Source: Cetorhinus maximus (Eukaryota). From it: a stretch of DNA of 64,000 nucleotides. The notes under the pieces are model-generated. The model searched no databases. It saw nothing but the letters and a program-made list of their open reading frames with translations, and had not been told where the DNA came from. Below, piece by piece: positions 11,089 through 24,360 of this stretch (position 1 is the first letter of the stretch; the number at the start of each line of letters is the position of its first letter). Position numbers and translations under genes: made by a program. The stretch is from positions 128,464,001 through 128,528,000 of the forward strand of contig NC_135885.1 in the NCBI RefSeq assembly GCF_964194155.1, read 5' to 3'.

Positions 11089-13293
11089 TCTGTAATGATT
11101 AGATCAAGCAGTATCCTCAAGACAAGGACATAGCTCAGAAAAGTGTTGTAAAGGCCAGGGGGAAGCCAAATGTTGGCTGGTGCTTAAGAAGTCATTCAGA
11201 GTAAAAGGCCCAAGTCAGCATCACAGGATCAGTTATCGGCAATAAGCCCTGAATCAGAGCTAAAGCTGAGAACAAACCATCAAGGACTAAAAGATGGGAT
11301 TATTAAAGGAATGAAATTATGAATATTAACAAGCTATCAGCATAATTCAAAGACTTCAAGACTCGCATTAATTAGACAGATAATTGTGCATAGAATTGGA
11401 ATATCAAGCCTAACGGCACCTGGAAATGAAAAGAAACAGCAGAGACAGTCCAGACATAGGAACTAGGTATAAGGTTGACTGATGTTGAGATTCTGGGGTA
11501 GGGACTGTGAAAGGGAAGTTGGGAATCCAAACTTTAATTAAAAGTTGAATGAGCTGAATAACAGTTTGGTTGAAAGAATCTTAATATAGGCAATGCAGTG
11601 AAAATTGGGCACTTTCAAGTTGTTTCATTGAGTGCAATGGAATAATTAGTATTTTGACCCACTTGTGCAGTGCAAGGGAGGACTTGTTTTATAATTGAGG
11701 CACAATTCTGACATTTATGAAATTACTTTTCCTCAAGCTGATTTGAAGCAAAGAAGTAAACTAAATTTGTTTACTAATGTCTCCTGCTTATCGTTAATTC
11801 ACAAAACAGATTTTTTCGGTTTGTTGATATCGTTTTTTATCTTTCCCCCTTTGTTCTTCATAGAACCATATTGAAAACATTTTACTTTCAGGATATGATG
11901 AAACTCGGGAGGTGATTCAATGTGATTGTTACTTAATTTAATGTTCTGAGAAGTGCTGTTCTCGAGTGCTTTCAAACCTCCCCTACACCACTCGAAAGGG
12001 TCAAAACACTAATTATTCCATCACACCTAATGAATAAACATCAACGTGCTCAATTTTCACTGCATTGAAAAGCTGAAGAGCAGGGGAAAATAGCCTTTTG
12101 GCAATTGAAATTATATCAACACTGGCAAAAATGAGAAAAGGGGGGATAAAATTGATTGATAAAATAATTGAAGGAAACAACTCTGAAAGTGGCTTTGTCC
12201 AGCTTCAAAAATGCAGAAACCAATTATATTTTTCAAAATGTGATTGTTCGGGCGTTGAAGATGGAGGATTTTGAATAGTTGTATTTGTTTGTCTCCAGAT
12301 TAAATTTGTCTACGAAGGTCTTCTTATGACTTCTGCAGCTTATGTCATTATTTTGTTTGTTTGTAATGCACAGGCGCAATCACTCAGCATTGTTAATTTT
12401 TCACCAGGTCTCGCAACAATGAGTTGTGCTTTTTGAATCATAGAATTTTACAGCACTAACAGGCACCATTTAGTCCATTGCTTCTGAACCAGCTCTTTGA
12501 AGGAGCAATACACTTATTCCCAGTCCCCTGCTCTTCCAACTTTTTTTTTCATTCTGAAATGTTTATTCACTTCCCTTTAGGAATTTTGCTTTATCGCTTG
12601 TTTAATATAATATTCGTTCATTGGATTTGGGTGTCGCTGGCTAGGTCAGCATTAATGCCCATTCCTAATTGCCCTTGAGAAGGTGGTGGTGAGCCCCCTT
12701 CCTGAACTGCTGTAGTACATGTGGTGTATATACACCCACTGTGCTGTTAGGAAGGGAGTTCCAGGATTTTGACTCAGTGACAGTGAAGGAACGGCGATAT
12801 ATTTCCAAGTCAGAATAATGGGTGGCTTGGAAGGGAACCTCCTGGTGATGGTGTTCCCATGTGTCTGCTGCCCTTGTCCTTCTAGACGGTACTGGTCATA
12901 GGTTTGGAAAGTGCTGTTTAACGAGCCTTGGTGAGTTCCTGCAGTACATCTTGTGGATGGTACACACTGCTGGTACTGTGTGTTGGTGGTGGAGGGAGTG
13001 AATGCTTGTGGATAGGGTGTCAATCAAGCGGGCTGCTTTGTCCTGGATAGTGTCAAGTTTCTTGAGTGTTGTTGGAGCTGAACTCATCCAGGCAAGTGGA
13101 GAATATTCCATCACACTCCTGGACAGACTTTGGGGAGTCAGGAGGTGAGTTATTCACTGCTGGATTCCTAGCTTCTGACCTGCTCTTGTAGCCACAGTAT
13201 TTATATGGCTAGTCCAATTCAGTTTCTGGTCAACGGTAACTCCCAGGATGTTGATAGTGGGGGATTCAGTGATGGTAATGCCATTGAATGTCA

Positions 13294-14114
13294 CAGGATC
13301 ACAGAATTGTTACGGTGTAGAAGGAGAACATTCGGCCCATCATGTCTGCACCAGCTCTCTGAGCATTTTAACTTAGTGCCAATTTCCTGCCTTTTCCCTG
13401 TAACCCTGCACATTGTTTCTATTTAGATAAGCATCCAATGTCCTCTTGAATGTCTCAGTTGAACCTGCCTCCACCACACTTCCAGGCAGTGCATCCCAAA
13501 CCCTAACTACTCGCTATGTGAAAAAGTTTTTTCTCATTTCTCATTTGCTTCTCTTGCAAAACACTTTAAAATTAAAACTGTGCCCTCTGGTTCTCGATCC
13601 GTTTACGAGTGGGAACAGTTTCTCCCTATCTACTCTGCCCAGACCCCTCATGATTTTGAAAATTTCTATCAAGTCCCCTCTTAGCCTTCTCCTCTCCAAG
13701 GAAAACAGTCCCAACTTCTCCAATCTTTCCCCATAACTGAAGTGTCTCATCCCTGGAACCATTCTTGTAAAATTCTTCTGCACTTTCTCCAATGCGTTCA
13801 CATCCTGCCTATAATGTGGCACCCAGAACTGTACACAATGCTCCAGCTAAGGTCTAACTAGTGTCTTACATACGTTCATCATAACCTCACTGCTCTTGTA
13901 CTCTATGCCCCTATTAATGAAGCCTAGTATACTGTATACTTTAGAAACAGCTCCCTCTACCTGTCCTGCCACTTTTAATAACTTATGTACATGTACACCC
14001 AGATCTCTCTGCTCCTGCACACCCTTTAGAATAGTATCCTTTATTTTATACTGTCTCTCCATGTTCTTTGTACCAAAGTGTATCACCTCACACTTCTCCG
14101 CATTGAACTTCATC
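13294..14114 (-). mobile_element. CR1 3' fragment nested in the other LINE
   Basis: MKFNAEKCEVIHFG...EQRDLGVHVH and RRRLRGDLIE; TGTCA on both sides (13289-13293, 14115-14119). The host is uninterrupted in the copy near 8140. Confidence 0.92.
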
Positions 14115-14704
14115 TGTCAAGGGGGCGATGTTTGGGTTCTCACTTGCTGGAGATGGTCATTGCCTGTTTCTTGCCACTTGCCTGCCCAAGCCTGGATATT
14201 GTCCAGGTCTTTCTGCATTTGGACATGGACTGCTTCAGTATCTGAAGAGTCGCGAATGGTGCTGAACATTGTGCGTTCATCAGCAACCATCCCCATTTCT
14301 GACCTTATGATGGAAGGAAGGTCATTGATGAAGCAGCTGGAGATGGTTGGTCCTAGGGCACTACCCTGAGGAACTCCAGCAGTGATGTCCTGGAACTGAG
14401 ATGATTGACCTCCAACAACCACAACCACTTTCCTTTGTGCCAGGAATGGCTGCAATCAGCGAAGATTTGTCCCCCTGATTCCCATTGATTCCATTGTTGC
14501 TAGGGTTCCTTGATGCCACACTCGGTCAAATGTGGCCTTGATGTCATGGGCAGATTATTGCTAAGCAAGTACAGCTTGATAGCACTGTTGATTACCCCTC
14601 CCATAACTTTACTGATGCCATGAGACTTCATGGAGTCCAGAGTCGATGTTGAGGACTCCCTGGGCAACACCCTCCCAACTTTATACCACAGTGCTGCCAC
14701 CTCT

Positions 14705-14895
14705 AAAGTGAGCCAGATGGGTTTTTACAAAAATCAACAATGGTTTGATGGTCATCATTAGGCTTTTAATTCCAGGTTTTTATTGAATTCAAATTCCACC
14801 ATCTGCCGTGATGACACTCAAACTCAGGTCCCCAGGGCATTACCCTGGGTCTCTGGATTACTTGTCCAGTGACAATGCCCCTATGCCACCACCTT
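14705..14895 (-). repeat. tRNA-derived (Pol III) head abutting the LINE 5' end
   Basis: A-box-like TGGCATAGGGG, anticodon-like arm CTGGA-CAAGTAA-TCCAG, hairpin CCCAGGG/CCCTGGG and degenerate B box GAGTTTGAGT. Confidence 0.75.
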
Positions 14896-15609
14896 TCTAA
14901 TGGCGCATTCTATGTCCTAGCTAGTCCTCCAAGTAAAGAAAATTATCTTAACCCTCTGAACAAAAAAAATGCTTAATATCTCCTTTAAAATATTGTAATT
15001 CCCCAAGGAGCTTAGCAAAGTTGGGGAATCAGAAACTGACTTGCAATAATGTTATTATCCAGTTAGGGACCTTTAACATTAAAAAAAAATAAATCTGCAT
15101 GTCATGTTGAGCAGTGTCAGCTAGAACTAGAACTATGCCACAGAATGTCACTTTTTTTACAGAACTCACTTTATTGTATAGAAATAATTATACAAATTTG
15201 ATTAAGGTAACATTATAGCTAATAATGACATGTTATGCACTCAGGTTTACTTCTTACTTTACCCAAGAATTCTCTTATAAGACCAATCAATGTTAAAGTT
15301 ATTTATTTTCGTAGAGACCATGCATAAATATGCCACAGTCCTCTGGAGAATTCTTGTCAGCTCCAGCTATTCTCAGAGGTAAACTTTCATTTATCATCTC
15401 TTGACTGTAGATGTCTCCATCCCTTCTGGTTACTTTTCAATACTTCCAAGCTAACTTGCTAGTTACTTTCTTTTGCATAAGACACTGTGAGGACCACTGT
15501 AGATTCTCTCGCCGGCTTCAAGCTAAGCAATGTTCAAGCTTCTGTTCCCTCACAAAATTCAAACTGAGGTTAAACATCATCCACATTCCCACATGATCAA
15601 TGATGATAT

Positions 15610-15940
15610 TCATTCTTTGCTGTTTTATGAATTTAGTGTGTGCATAGTCACAGAGCCAAACAATGGCCTTGTCAGTGGTTAGATGGAGTTCTTTAATTCT
15701 GCCTTCAAGTTTAGTCAGCTGACACTGCTCAACAATGTCATTGTTTGCATTGCAACACAACTGCAGCCTGGATGGTCTTGGCGACCCCAATGACGTTGGG
15801 TGGCTGCAAAAAGGCCTTGGTGAGTCCGGAAACAGTTTAAAAGGGCCCACTGTCACCGTGAGAGATCAAAGCCGGGTGGACAAGCAATAGGGCCTGTGAG
15901 GTTATGGTTTCTGGTGGATGTTTTATCCTGCTAAACCTGC
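15610..15940 (-). mobile_element. Vingi/Ingi LINE 3' end
   Basis: PGFDLSR*QWALLNCFRTHQG...CSC...IVEQCQLTKLEG...LHL...AIVWL, the C-terminal zinc-knuckle region typical of Vingi. Confidence 0.8.
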
Positions 15941-16143
15941 TGTAATGAACTTGATGCACCGGACAGGTTTCTTACTTGAAACAGATAACTTTATTGCAGA
16001 GCTCTTTTAGAAGCTACATCCTTGAACCAGGTCCATGACTAGAAAGCTCCGCCCCCAGGATTACCCACGCTTAGAGCTCATTCATCAGTACAATCACATG
16101 GCCCCCAAAGGCAGTAGGAAAGGTTATACCTGCAATCACTACA
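15941..16143 (-). repeat. Gypsy 3' LTR
   Basis: TGTAATGAAC...AATCACTACA; polypurine tract GGTGGAGGAAG on the minus strand at 16144-16154. Confidence 0.93.
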
Positions 16144-16482
16144 CTTCCTCCACCTTTAGATTTTTTTTACATTTCCTATTTACAAAGAATATTTTAATCC
16201 ACAAACTATACATATATACGCAGGTCATGTGATTAAAGATGAAGTCTCTAAGGTGGTTTTCTAATCGGTTAGAGCGGCGTAGCTCTTCCGCTTGAGATTC
16301 TCCAACTGGATCGACATGATCAGGGATTGCAGCATCATGGACATCCTTAGAAAGTGGCAGTTCAGAATTAGGTAATTCAACAAGAAATCAGGTATGTCTA
16401 TTCCAGGTTGATCTGTCACCTCAGGGATTAAATGTTTGACATCAATTACAGGCAGAATAGCTGGTCGTTGGAATCTCTCTCC

Positions 16483-19400
16483 TTATATGATCCACATGCT
16501 TTCGAACAATCTGGTCTTCTGCTTCCACTTGGAATGACAAGGTCCAGTTTCTGAGACAATTATACCAGGAAGCCAATTAGGACCGTTTCCAAAATTCTGC
16601 ACGAAAACTAGATCTCCGATAGTAAATCTACAAGTTTTGCTAAGAATATCATGATTTAATTTCTGACTATGCTGATTCTTCTCTACCTTCCCTTCTAAGT
16701 TTGGAAATACCAGACTTAACCTTGTACAAAGGCAGCATTTCATCAGTAATTCATATAGTGTTGAACCTGTGGTTACATGAGGAGCCGTATGATAACTGAA
16801 AAGAAAACGTGAAAGTTGAGTTTCTGAAGTAGCTTCGGATAATTTCTTCATTCCTGATTTGAAAGTTGCTCTTTCAGCTAGTCCATTTGATGAGGGATGG
16901 TTTGGTGCTGTTTTAATATGCTTAATTCCATTTAAACTCATGAATCTCTGAAAATGCATACTAATGTAGGCAATACTGTTATCCGAAACAATGACTTCCG
17001 GTAGGCCATGTGCACTAAAACATTGGCGTAGCTTTTCAATAGTTGCACATGATGTCAGTGATCTAACTTCATACACATCCATCAACTTAGAATGCACATC
17101 AATGATCAATAAAGACATGGCACCCAAAAATGGACTTACATAGTCTAGGTGTAGTCTAACCCAGGGTTGACCAGGCCACTCTCATGGATGCAGTGGAGCT
17201 GAAACGAGAAACTTCTGTTGTTGCTGACACTGGAGACAGTACTTTACCCTGCTTTCAATGTCACTGTCTATGCCTGGCCACCAGATATAGCTTCACACAA
17301 GGACTTTCATCTTTGAAATGCCTGGTTGTGCACTGTGAAGCTTTGTCAAGAGTGGTTCTCTTCCTTGCAAAGGGACGACGGCTCTTGATCCCCACAAGAA
17401 GATTCCATCTTGATAACTTAACTCTGTTTTACTGGAATGGAATGGTCTGATCTCTTCAAACACTGGTGAATTCAACCATCCTTGCAATACTTGGTCTTGG
17501 ACTTCTGACAGAATGGAATCCCTGTTTGTCCAATTCCTTATTTGCTTCACACAGGCAGGTGAAGAATCCAAGAAGTTCAACACAAGCACAACTTCTTGTG
17601 ACACGGGAGCATGTACAAAGCTATCTGGTGACGAAAGATGTCTGAGTTTGTCTGCATTTGCAATATGGACGGTGCATAAAGGTGTACTTATATGCTAATA
17701 AAATCAAAGCCCAGCATTGAAATCTTGCTGAGGCTATTGGCTATTCTGTTGATCCTATGATAAGGACATCATCCAGGTACACTATTACTTGAGGAAGTCC
17801 TTGCAGTAGACTTTCCACGGTCCTTTGGAAGATTGCACATGCAGATGATACACTAAAGGGTAGGCATGTGTATTGGCAAAGGCCCTTGTGCATGTGGATG
17901 GTTACATACCCTCTGGACAAGCTGTCCAGCTCTAGCTGTTGGTATGCATGGCTCATGTCCAGCTTGGTATAGAATTTTCCTCCAGCTATTGTACCGTACA
18001 AATCTTCTATCCCCGGGATAGGATATTTATCTAGTTTAGCAGCCTTGTTCACAGTTAATTTATAGTCTCTGAAAATGCAAATAGTTTGATCTGGTTTCAG
18101 CACAGGGACTATGGGCGCTGCCCATTCCAAAAATTGGGCTGGCTGGATGATGTCTAGCTTCTCTAAGCTGCACAATTCTGCATCTAACTTCTCCTTTAGG
18201 GCATAAGGCCCAGGTCTAGCCTTAAAGACCTGTGGTGTTGCCTCCGAATCTACATATATTTTTGCTTGTAAGCCTTTTATATTTCCCAATACATCACAAA
18301 ATATGCTGTTGTACTTCCTTTATAGCTCAGGAGCTCCTCTTGTTCTCAACTGAAATATTTCTCAACTCCCAGTTGAGCTTAAATATTTGTAACCAGTCGT
18401 GACCCAGAAGACTAGGTCCTTCACCTATCACTGTGATCACTGGAAGCTGGGCTGTCTGTTGCCTATAGGAAACAGGTACTATGGTGATGCCCTTTACCTG
18501 GATTGACTCTCCAGTGTATGTCTTCAGTTGAGCCGTGGTTTACTCCAGATTCAGTGGCTGGGTACCTTCACTTAGATATTTAAATGTGTGTTCTCCCACG
18601 TGTCTACCACCATGACTAGAGGCTTCCCATTCACTTGAAGGGTGACGGTTATTGGTTCAGTTTTTACTGCTTTGACACTGTCTAGGGAATAGATATCAGT
18701 ATCAGCAGCTTCTGGTTCTGTTATATTGTGCACTTTAATCATGTTAGTCTGCTGTCTGATTGGCTGTCTCGATTTCACCATGCATTGCTTACTTATGTGC
18801 CCTTTTTTGAGGTAGTAATGGCATTCTGCCTCCTTAAATCTGTAGGTGTCCAGTACATGGTTACCCCCACATCTATAACAGATTGACTTCTAAATCGCTG
18901 CTGAGATGCTTCCTCTAGGCCTTTTCATTTTATGAGCAACAGAGACCGTTTCCCACTTCGCGGCTGTCTCTCTGGTTTTTCCACCCTGCCCAACGTTAGG
19001 TTCCCACCTCAACTGAAGAACGGTGCCATGTTGCACATTCTGTAAAGCCTGAGGCTCCCTCTCAGCGTTCTCCATTGCTAGCGCTATTTCTGTGGCGTGC
19101 TTCAAATCAATGTTAACTTCTGCAAATAAACGGCGCTGAATTGCATTGTTGTGAAAGCCACAAACCAACCGATCCTGCAACATGTCATTGAGTATATCTC
19201 CGAAGTCACAGTGCTCAGTCAACTGTTTTAACTTCACTATATAAGTTGCGATGGACTCTCCCAAGGCCCTTACTCAGGAGTTAAACTTAAATCTCTGCAT
19301 AATTACAAATGGCTTTGGCTGAAAATGCATCTTCACAAGGCCTACTATTTCGTTAGAAGATTTAGAATTGGGTAAGTCCGGGCTGTCAGACTGCAAATGA

Positions 19401-19560
19401 GGTTATATGTCTTGCCACCACACACACTTAAAAGAATTGCCTGCTGCTTCTCCTCTGCCGTTATTTCATTCGCCGCAAAATAAAAACCTCGGAGCTCTAT
19501 GTTCTGGCTCCAGTCTTCCATGGACGAGTCATAAGGGTCGATTCTGCTGAAGGGCGGCAT
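16483..19560 (-). pseudogene. Gypsy gag-pol, frameshifted
   Basis: Gag LQDRLVCG; protease remnant VVDT; RT WAAPIVPVLK...YLDDVLI; integrase GLPEVIVSDN...SNGLAER. The RT C-terminus and most of RNase H are missing at about 17741. Confidence 0.92.
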
Positions 19561-19643
19561 GACTGGTGAGTACACTTTCCTTTCTTTCATTAAAAATTGA
19601 TACACTCACATTCACAAGGCGAGGTGCAGCGTCGGAGCTATTT

Positions 19644-19656
19644 ATCCTCATCGCCA
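19644..19656 (-). promoter_or_regulatory. Primer-binding site, tRNA-Ser type
   Basis: Minus strand TGGCGATGAGGAT, 2 nt inside the 5' LTR. One CpG-type change from TGGCGACGAGGAT, the complement of the tRNA-Ser(GCT) 3' end. Confidence 0.8.
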
Positions 19657-19658
19657 AA

Positions 19659-19860
19659 TGTAATGAACTTGATTCACTGGACAGGTTTATACTTGAAACA
19701 GATAACTTTATTACAGAGCTCTTTTCGAAGCTACATACTTGAACTAGGTCCACGGCTAGAAAGCTCTGCCCCCAGGGTTACCCGCGCTTAGGGCTCATTC
19801 GTCAGTCCAATCACGTGACCCTGAAAGGCAGCAGGAATGGTTATGTCTACAATCACTGCA
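19659..19860 (-). repeat. Gypsy 5' LTR
   Basis: Aligns end to end with 15941-16143; about 25 differences by hand count. Confidence 0.93.
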
Positions 19861-21175
19861 CTTTCTGCCAGAGGTCCTTAGCTGTTACTATGGATTTAAC
19901 CATATGAGGTGGTGTGAGGGAGGGCATACTGCAGCTGAGTTGAGGAGACCCTTGACTAATGGCAGGCTTGGGTTGGAGTAGACCTTCTTCTGTAGCTTGC
20001 CTTTTGCAATTACCCTCCTGATGTGGCTGGGTGAGGGGATGGGGGTGTAATGTTGCTCAGGACTGTGATCTAGGGGAGGTAAGTTGGTCGAAGAATACCT
20101 GTGATGATGCACATTGTTGAGTTGTGTCGCACGTGGATAAGTTTTGTGTGGGTAGATTGGTACCATACTGGGATGTAGTATTCTTCAGCTGAGTACGTGC
20201 TGGCAAGAGCATAGGTCCTTAGGGTATTTGCCTGTGATCCTCATGAGGTACTGGCCAGCTTACTGTGGAGGTTATTGTGGGTTTAAATTTTTCCTGCAGT
20301 CTTGATGAGGTGCTGGCAGTACGTGAGGGTTCTGACAAGGGTAATGCTTAGATAAACAGGGTGGGGATCATGCTCCAGTCTCTGGCTGCCCAGTTTCCTT
20401 TTAGTGCTGTCATTATGAAGGTGGAATCTGCTAGAGACTATTTTGCTGGTGCTCAGTTTTAGGCAATATGTCCTGCAGTAGTCGGCCATCTTTTCAAAAC
20501 CATTGTTGAATTTGTCTTCCAGCTCTGGGAAAGTATGAGACTGCATGCCACAGCAGCTGTAATCAGCATAGATAGACGTTCAGGACTGGGTTGGGGTTAT
20601 GTTGTTGGTGAACAATTTGAACAGGGACTGGGGCTAAGACTGTCCCCTGGGGTAGCTCATTCATCTGTTTCCTCCAGGCACTAGGCTTGCCGCCCATTTG
20701 CACCCTGAACCATCTGTCCTGGAGTAGCAGTTCAATGGTATCAATAAACCAGGAAGAGAGAACTCTTGATATTTTGAGAAATTGGCCAACGTGCCAGACG
20801 GTATCATATGCTGCTGTAAAGTCAAAGTAAATTGCCCCTGTTTTAAGATTCCTTTGAAAGACATTTTCAATGAACATGGTTAATGTGAGGGCCGGATCAC
20901 ATGTGCTTCTTCCTTGTTGAAAGCCTGCTTGGTCTACACTCGGGATGTTCTCCACTTCTGGCTTGATCCGCCGATTCGGCACTGTAACTACCGTGAAGCA
21001 CACTGATAGCAGGGATATTGCCCGGTAATTTGATGGTTATTTTAGAAGATTGCCGACATCCTGGCACATGTCTAAAATCATTGGCCTCCCAAAAATGGGC
21101 AAAGACCCAAAATTTACACTGCTTAAACTCAGGTCTATCTAACCATCTTTTACTTTGACAACTTTGTCTCACTTA
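19861..21175 (-). mobile_element. Vingi/Ingi LINE RT region, 5'-truncated
   Basis: QAGFQQGRST, DFTAAYDTVWH, LPQGTVLAP, HDPHPVYL, KLASTS*GSQANTLRT; continues at 15940 beyond the Gypsy. Confidence 0.85.
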
Positions 21176-23939
21176 GCAGCAAACTGTGCACAACAGTTCC
21201 AGGCTGCAAATAAACCTTTCAGCAAACACCCACGTAAATTGAAAGCAGAGAGGCTTCCTAAGCTCCACTCATCTCCATAATGATGTAGCTGACTCTGGGC
21301 TGTCCTCAAACCAATATTTAGATTAATTATTTGATCTGACAATGTAAATGCCCTTTACAACATTCCATGGTTTATTGAATGCTTTTAAATCAATTTAGCT
21401 TGAACTCCCAAAAACAAAACATTTCTCTGGACTATCCTTGTTTTTGCAAGCCTTGCAGACATCACATCTCCAGCTCTTTAGCTAGGTAAGCCCACCTGCT
21501 CTTTTATAGCCCCATCTCTTCTATTCTGAACTAGATGAGGGCATGTCTTCACCACAAGTATCGGCAACCAGCTGGCCCACAAAATCAACCCCAATATGGG
21601 ATGCAGTATAAAGCCTTTTACACTTTCCTCCCTGCCTCCCTTGGTGGCCATGCATTCAGCTACCTAGGTCTCATGCCCTGGAATTCCCTCCTTAAATCTC
21701 TGCCTCTCCATCTCCCTCTCCTCCCTTCAGATCCTTGTTTTTTTCATTCTGCTGCCATTCAATGTCTCCATGGTAAACGTAATGATAACTTGGGGTTACA
21801 CAGTATCATTAGCGCCTGAGATGCCATCCCCAAAGCCCAGCCCTTCTCCTCCCTCTGCCATCTGTGCAGTTGTACCAACATCAAGGTGAGGATGGGGGGA
21901 GAGCGGGTTCTCCATCACCTGCACGTTCCATGCACCACATTCTCACAATCACCATGGCCCTCCCCTCTACAACTTGATCTCTCAAAGCTCTGGGTTCCTA
22001 CCCTGACCTTGTACAGTTCACAGGCATTGAGGGCTCTTTTTTTTATCCTGACAGGACAAGGGGGATTAGGTGATCAGGTGGCTCATTGAGGTATGGTACT
22101 TGGAGTTTCCTCCAGGAAGTCTTCAAGTTATTTTCATCAGTGTCCTCCTTTACCATTGAGATTATTTGCTGTGCCTTGGCTAACAGTAGCGGTGCTCTTT
22201 TCTCCCCCTACAAGTATTTATCCAATCTCTTTTGGAAGTTGGCTATTGAATCTGCTTCCTCCATCCTCCAGGCAGTGCATTCCGTAACCACTCTCTATGT
22301 TAAAGAAACCGCTTTCCTCTCCACTCTTACATACATATTTGGCACATGTTGGTCATCAATTGTATCGTAGAAAATTTCAATGTAGAAGGAGGATCTTTGG
22401 CCCTCTGTTTAATAGTAAGACACTAATTATGTTTCCATGGTAATAGGCATGAACTCATGTGAAGCGATGGTTAATTATTTGCCTACATGGTGTCGTCGCC
22501 AGGAACCTTCTTAGGACCATTATTCAACTGACGAGAGCACTCGGGACACAACTATTATTTCCTCTGAACTGTGGCCATTATATCGGTGGGTGGTTTACAA
22601 CCACCGTAGACATAATTCTGCACTAACCATAGTTGTTATTTAGCATAAGATTAACTTGCTACACTATGTTTATACCTAACCTGGAGTGCTGGAGCTCTCC
22701 AACACCGCTTCTCACTGTTTGAAAGATTTGAGCTAGAACCATTCCCAGTCACTCTGCCATGACATCTGCAATGTAACTTGTGCAGAGGCTGTTCCTTCAG
22801 GAAAAATTCTCAGCTGAAAATTTCACATCACATTGGCTGTTTTATTACAGACATTGTATGGATATTAAAGCTCTACTATTTGTACCTTTGTGCTCTGAGA
22901 TAAAAAGATGCAATTGCCACAACAGGATAAGCTTTCAAATCCACCTCATCCAGCCACATTATTGTAAACCACTTATAAAGCTCACATAGGAGAGAGATTA
23001 CACTACATCTCACCAGTTTGACATTCCAATTTAAATGGATATATGCACCTCTGGAATGTTTCCACTTATCTTGCTTCAGTAAACTTCACAGCATTTTTGA
23101 CTTGACACACTTTCACACTCGCCGAAAACATAAAAGGGAAGAAAATAAAATGACACTGACACAGTTGGTAATCAGGTAATGCTGAAAACTGGCAGCTGTC
23201 CCTGAAGAGAAATAATAATCGGTTTCTGTGAGCCACTTCCTACGTTGTCAAATTAAATTTAAAAAGTACTGTGCCACATATAATTGTATATTACTTTATA
23301 TTTAGCATTGTTCATTGGCCTAAATTAAAGTAATAATGCATGCTGTTACTTTGATAGATCAACATCTAGTCTAAAAAGGGTGTCTCACATGAAATAGTAG
23401 ATAATGGATTGCCGCGTTAACTTCTGTCAATAAAAACATTGCACAAGAAATAAATACAAAAATTATAGATAGGTCTTTTATCTCCAAGTCTTTCTTTATA
23501 ATGTAAACCTGGCTCAATGTGTAACCTTCCCACCTCTGAGACAGTGACGTTGGTTCAGACCCCACTTTGTGACTTGAACTAACTATTTGGACAGTTACTT
23601 AGGTGCCGTGCAAAGAACTTTCTACAGGAGGGGATCTTAAACCTAGCCTGTGCCGTGCTATTATCATGATATAGACACAATCGCTCATAAGGGAATATGT
23701 AAACACGTTGTGGGTTCATTTATTTAGACTAGAAACACGGGAAAATTTATACAAAGGTGGGAAGCGCTGAAGACATCAGCAGCAGAAGTGTATGCGCTGT
23801 GTTCTGGTCAAAGGCCAAAGTAAAACTGAGACTGGGTCACATGACACTCTTCACTTCTAGTAATGTCATGCTGCTATCCCTTAAAGGCATATTACACCAC
23901 TGTGTCTGCCTGTTCCACTATAATATGACACAGGAATAG

Positions 23940-24360
23940 AAAGAAAGAACAATGTTGTAATTATATAGTGCCTTTCAAGTCCACAGATCTTCCCAAAGTG
24001 CTTTACATCCAGAGGAGTATTTCTGAAATGTAGCCACATTTATAGTGTAGGGAATGTATCCACTAATTTGCAAGATCCCACAAGCAGAAATAGGATAAAT
24101 GACCAGATAATCGGTTTTTGTATTACTGATTGACAGGTAAATGTTAGCTAGGACACTAGAACTTCCCTCTTCTTCAAATTGTGTTATGGGAGCATTTGCA
24201 TCCAACTAAGAGAATAGTAGTGCCTCAGTTTACGGTCTCATCTGAAAGATAACACTTCCTTAGTACTACAGAGGTATCAGCCTAGATTATGTCTGAAATC
24301 CCTGGAACATGGCTTGAAACCACAACCTTTTCACTCAAAAGTGAAAATGTTTCTAAAACT
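23940..24360 (-). mobile_element. Deu-domain SINE, degraded
   Basis: Tail, Deu core and head collinear with other copies in the window. Confidence 0.75.

Larger units (their letters stand above)
12610..14895 (-). mobile_element. CR1/L2-group LINE with internal deletions and a tRNA-like 5' head
   Basis: RT segment AGVPQGSALGP...INDLPS...ADERT, C-terminal MEYSPLAWM, an endonuclease-like remnant near 14620-14704 and a 3' tail near 12610. Confidence 0.85.
15941..19860 (-). mobile_element. Gypsy (Mag-like) LTR retrotransposon, both LTRs, internally deleted
   Basis: About 203-bp direct repeats with TG...CA ends, PBS, PPT and gag-PR-RT-IN order. Gag has tandem zinc-knuckle remnants CYRCGGNH...CHYYLKKGHISKQC. 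Confidence 0.95.

Noticed and set aside
14800-14895. Functional tRNA genes here and at the SINE heads
   Set aside because: Acceptor and T arms are degenerate and each is attached to a retroelement body.
22528-22606. CTGACGA-GAG..CTC followed by GGGAC, plus a GGTGGTT/AACCACC hairpin
   Set aside because: Lacks the GAAA core and stem I of a hammerhead; a 7-bp stem is expected by chance in 64 kb.
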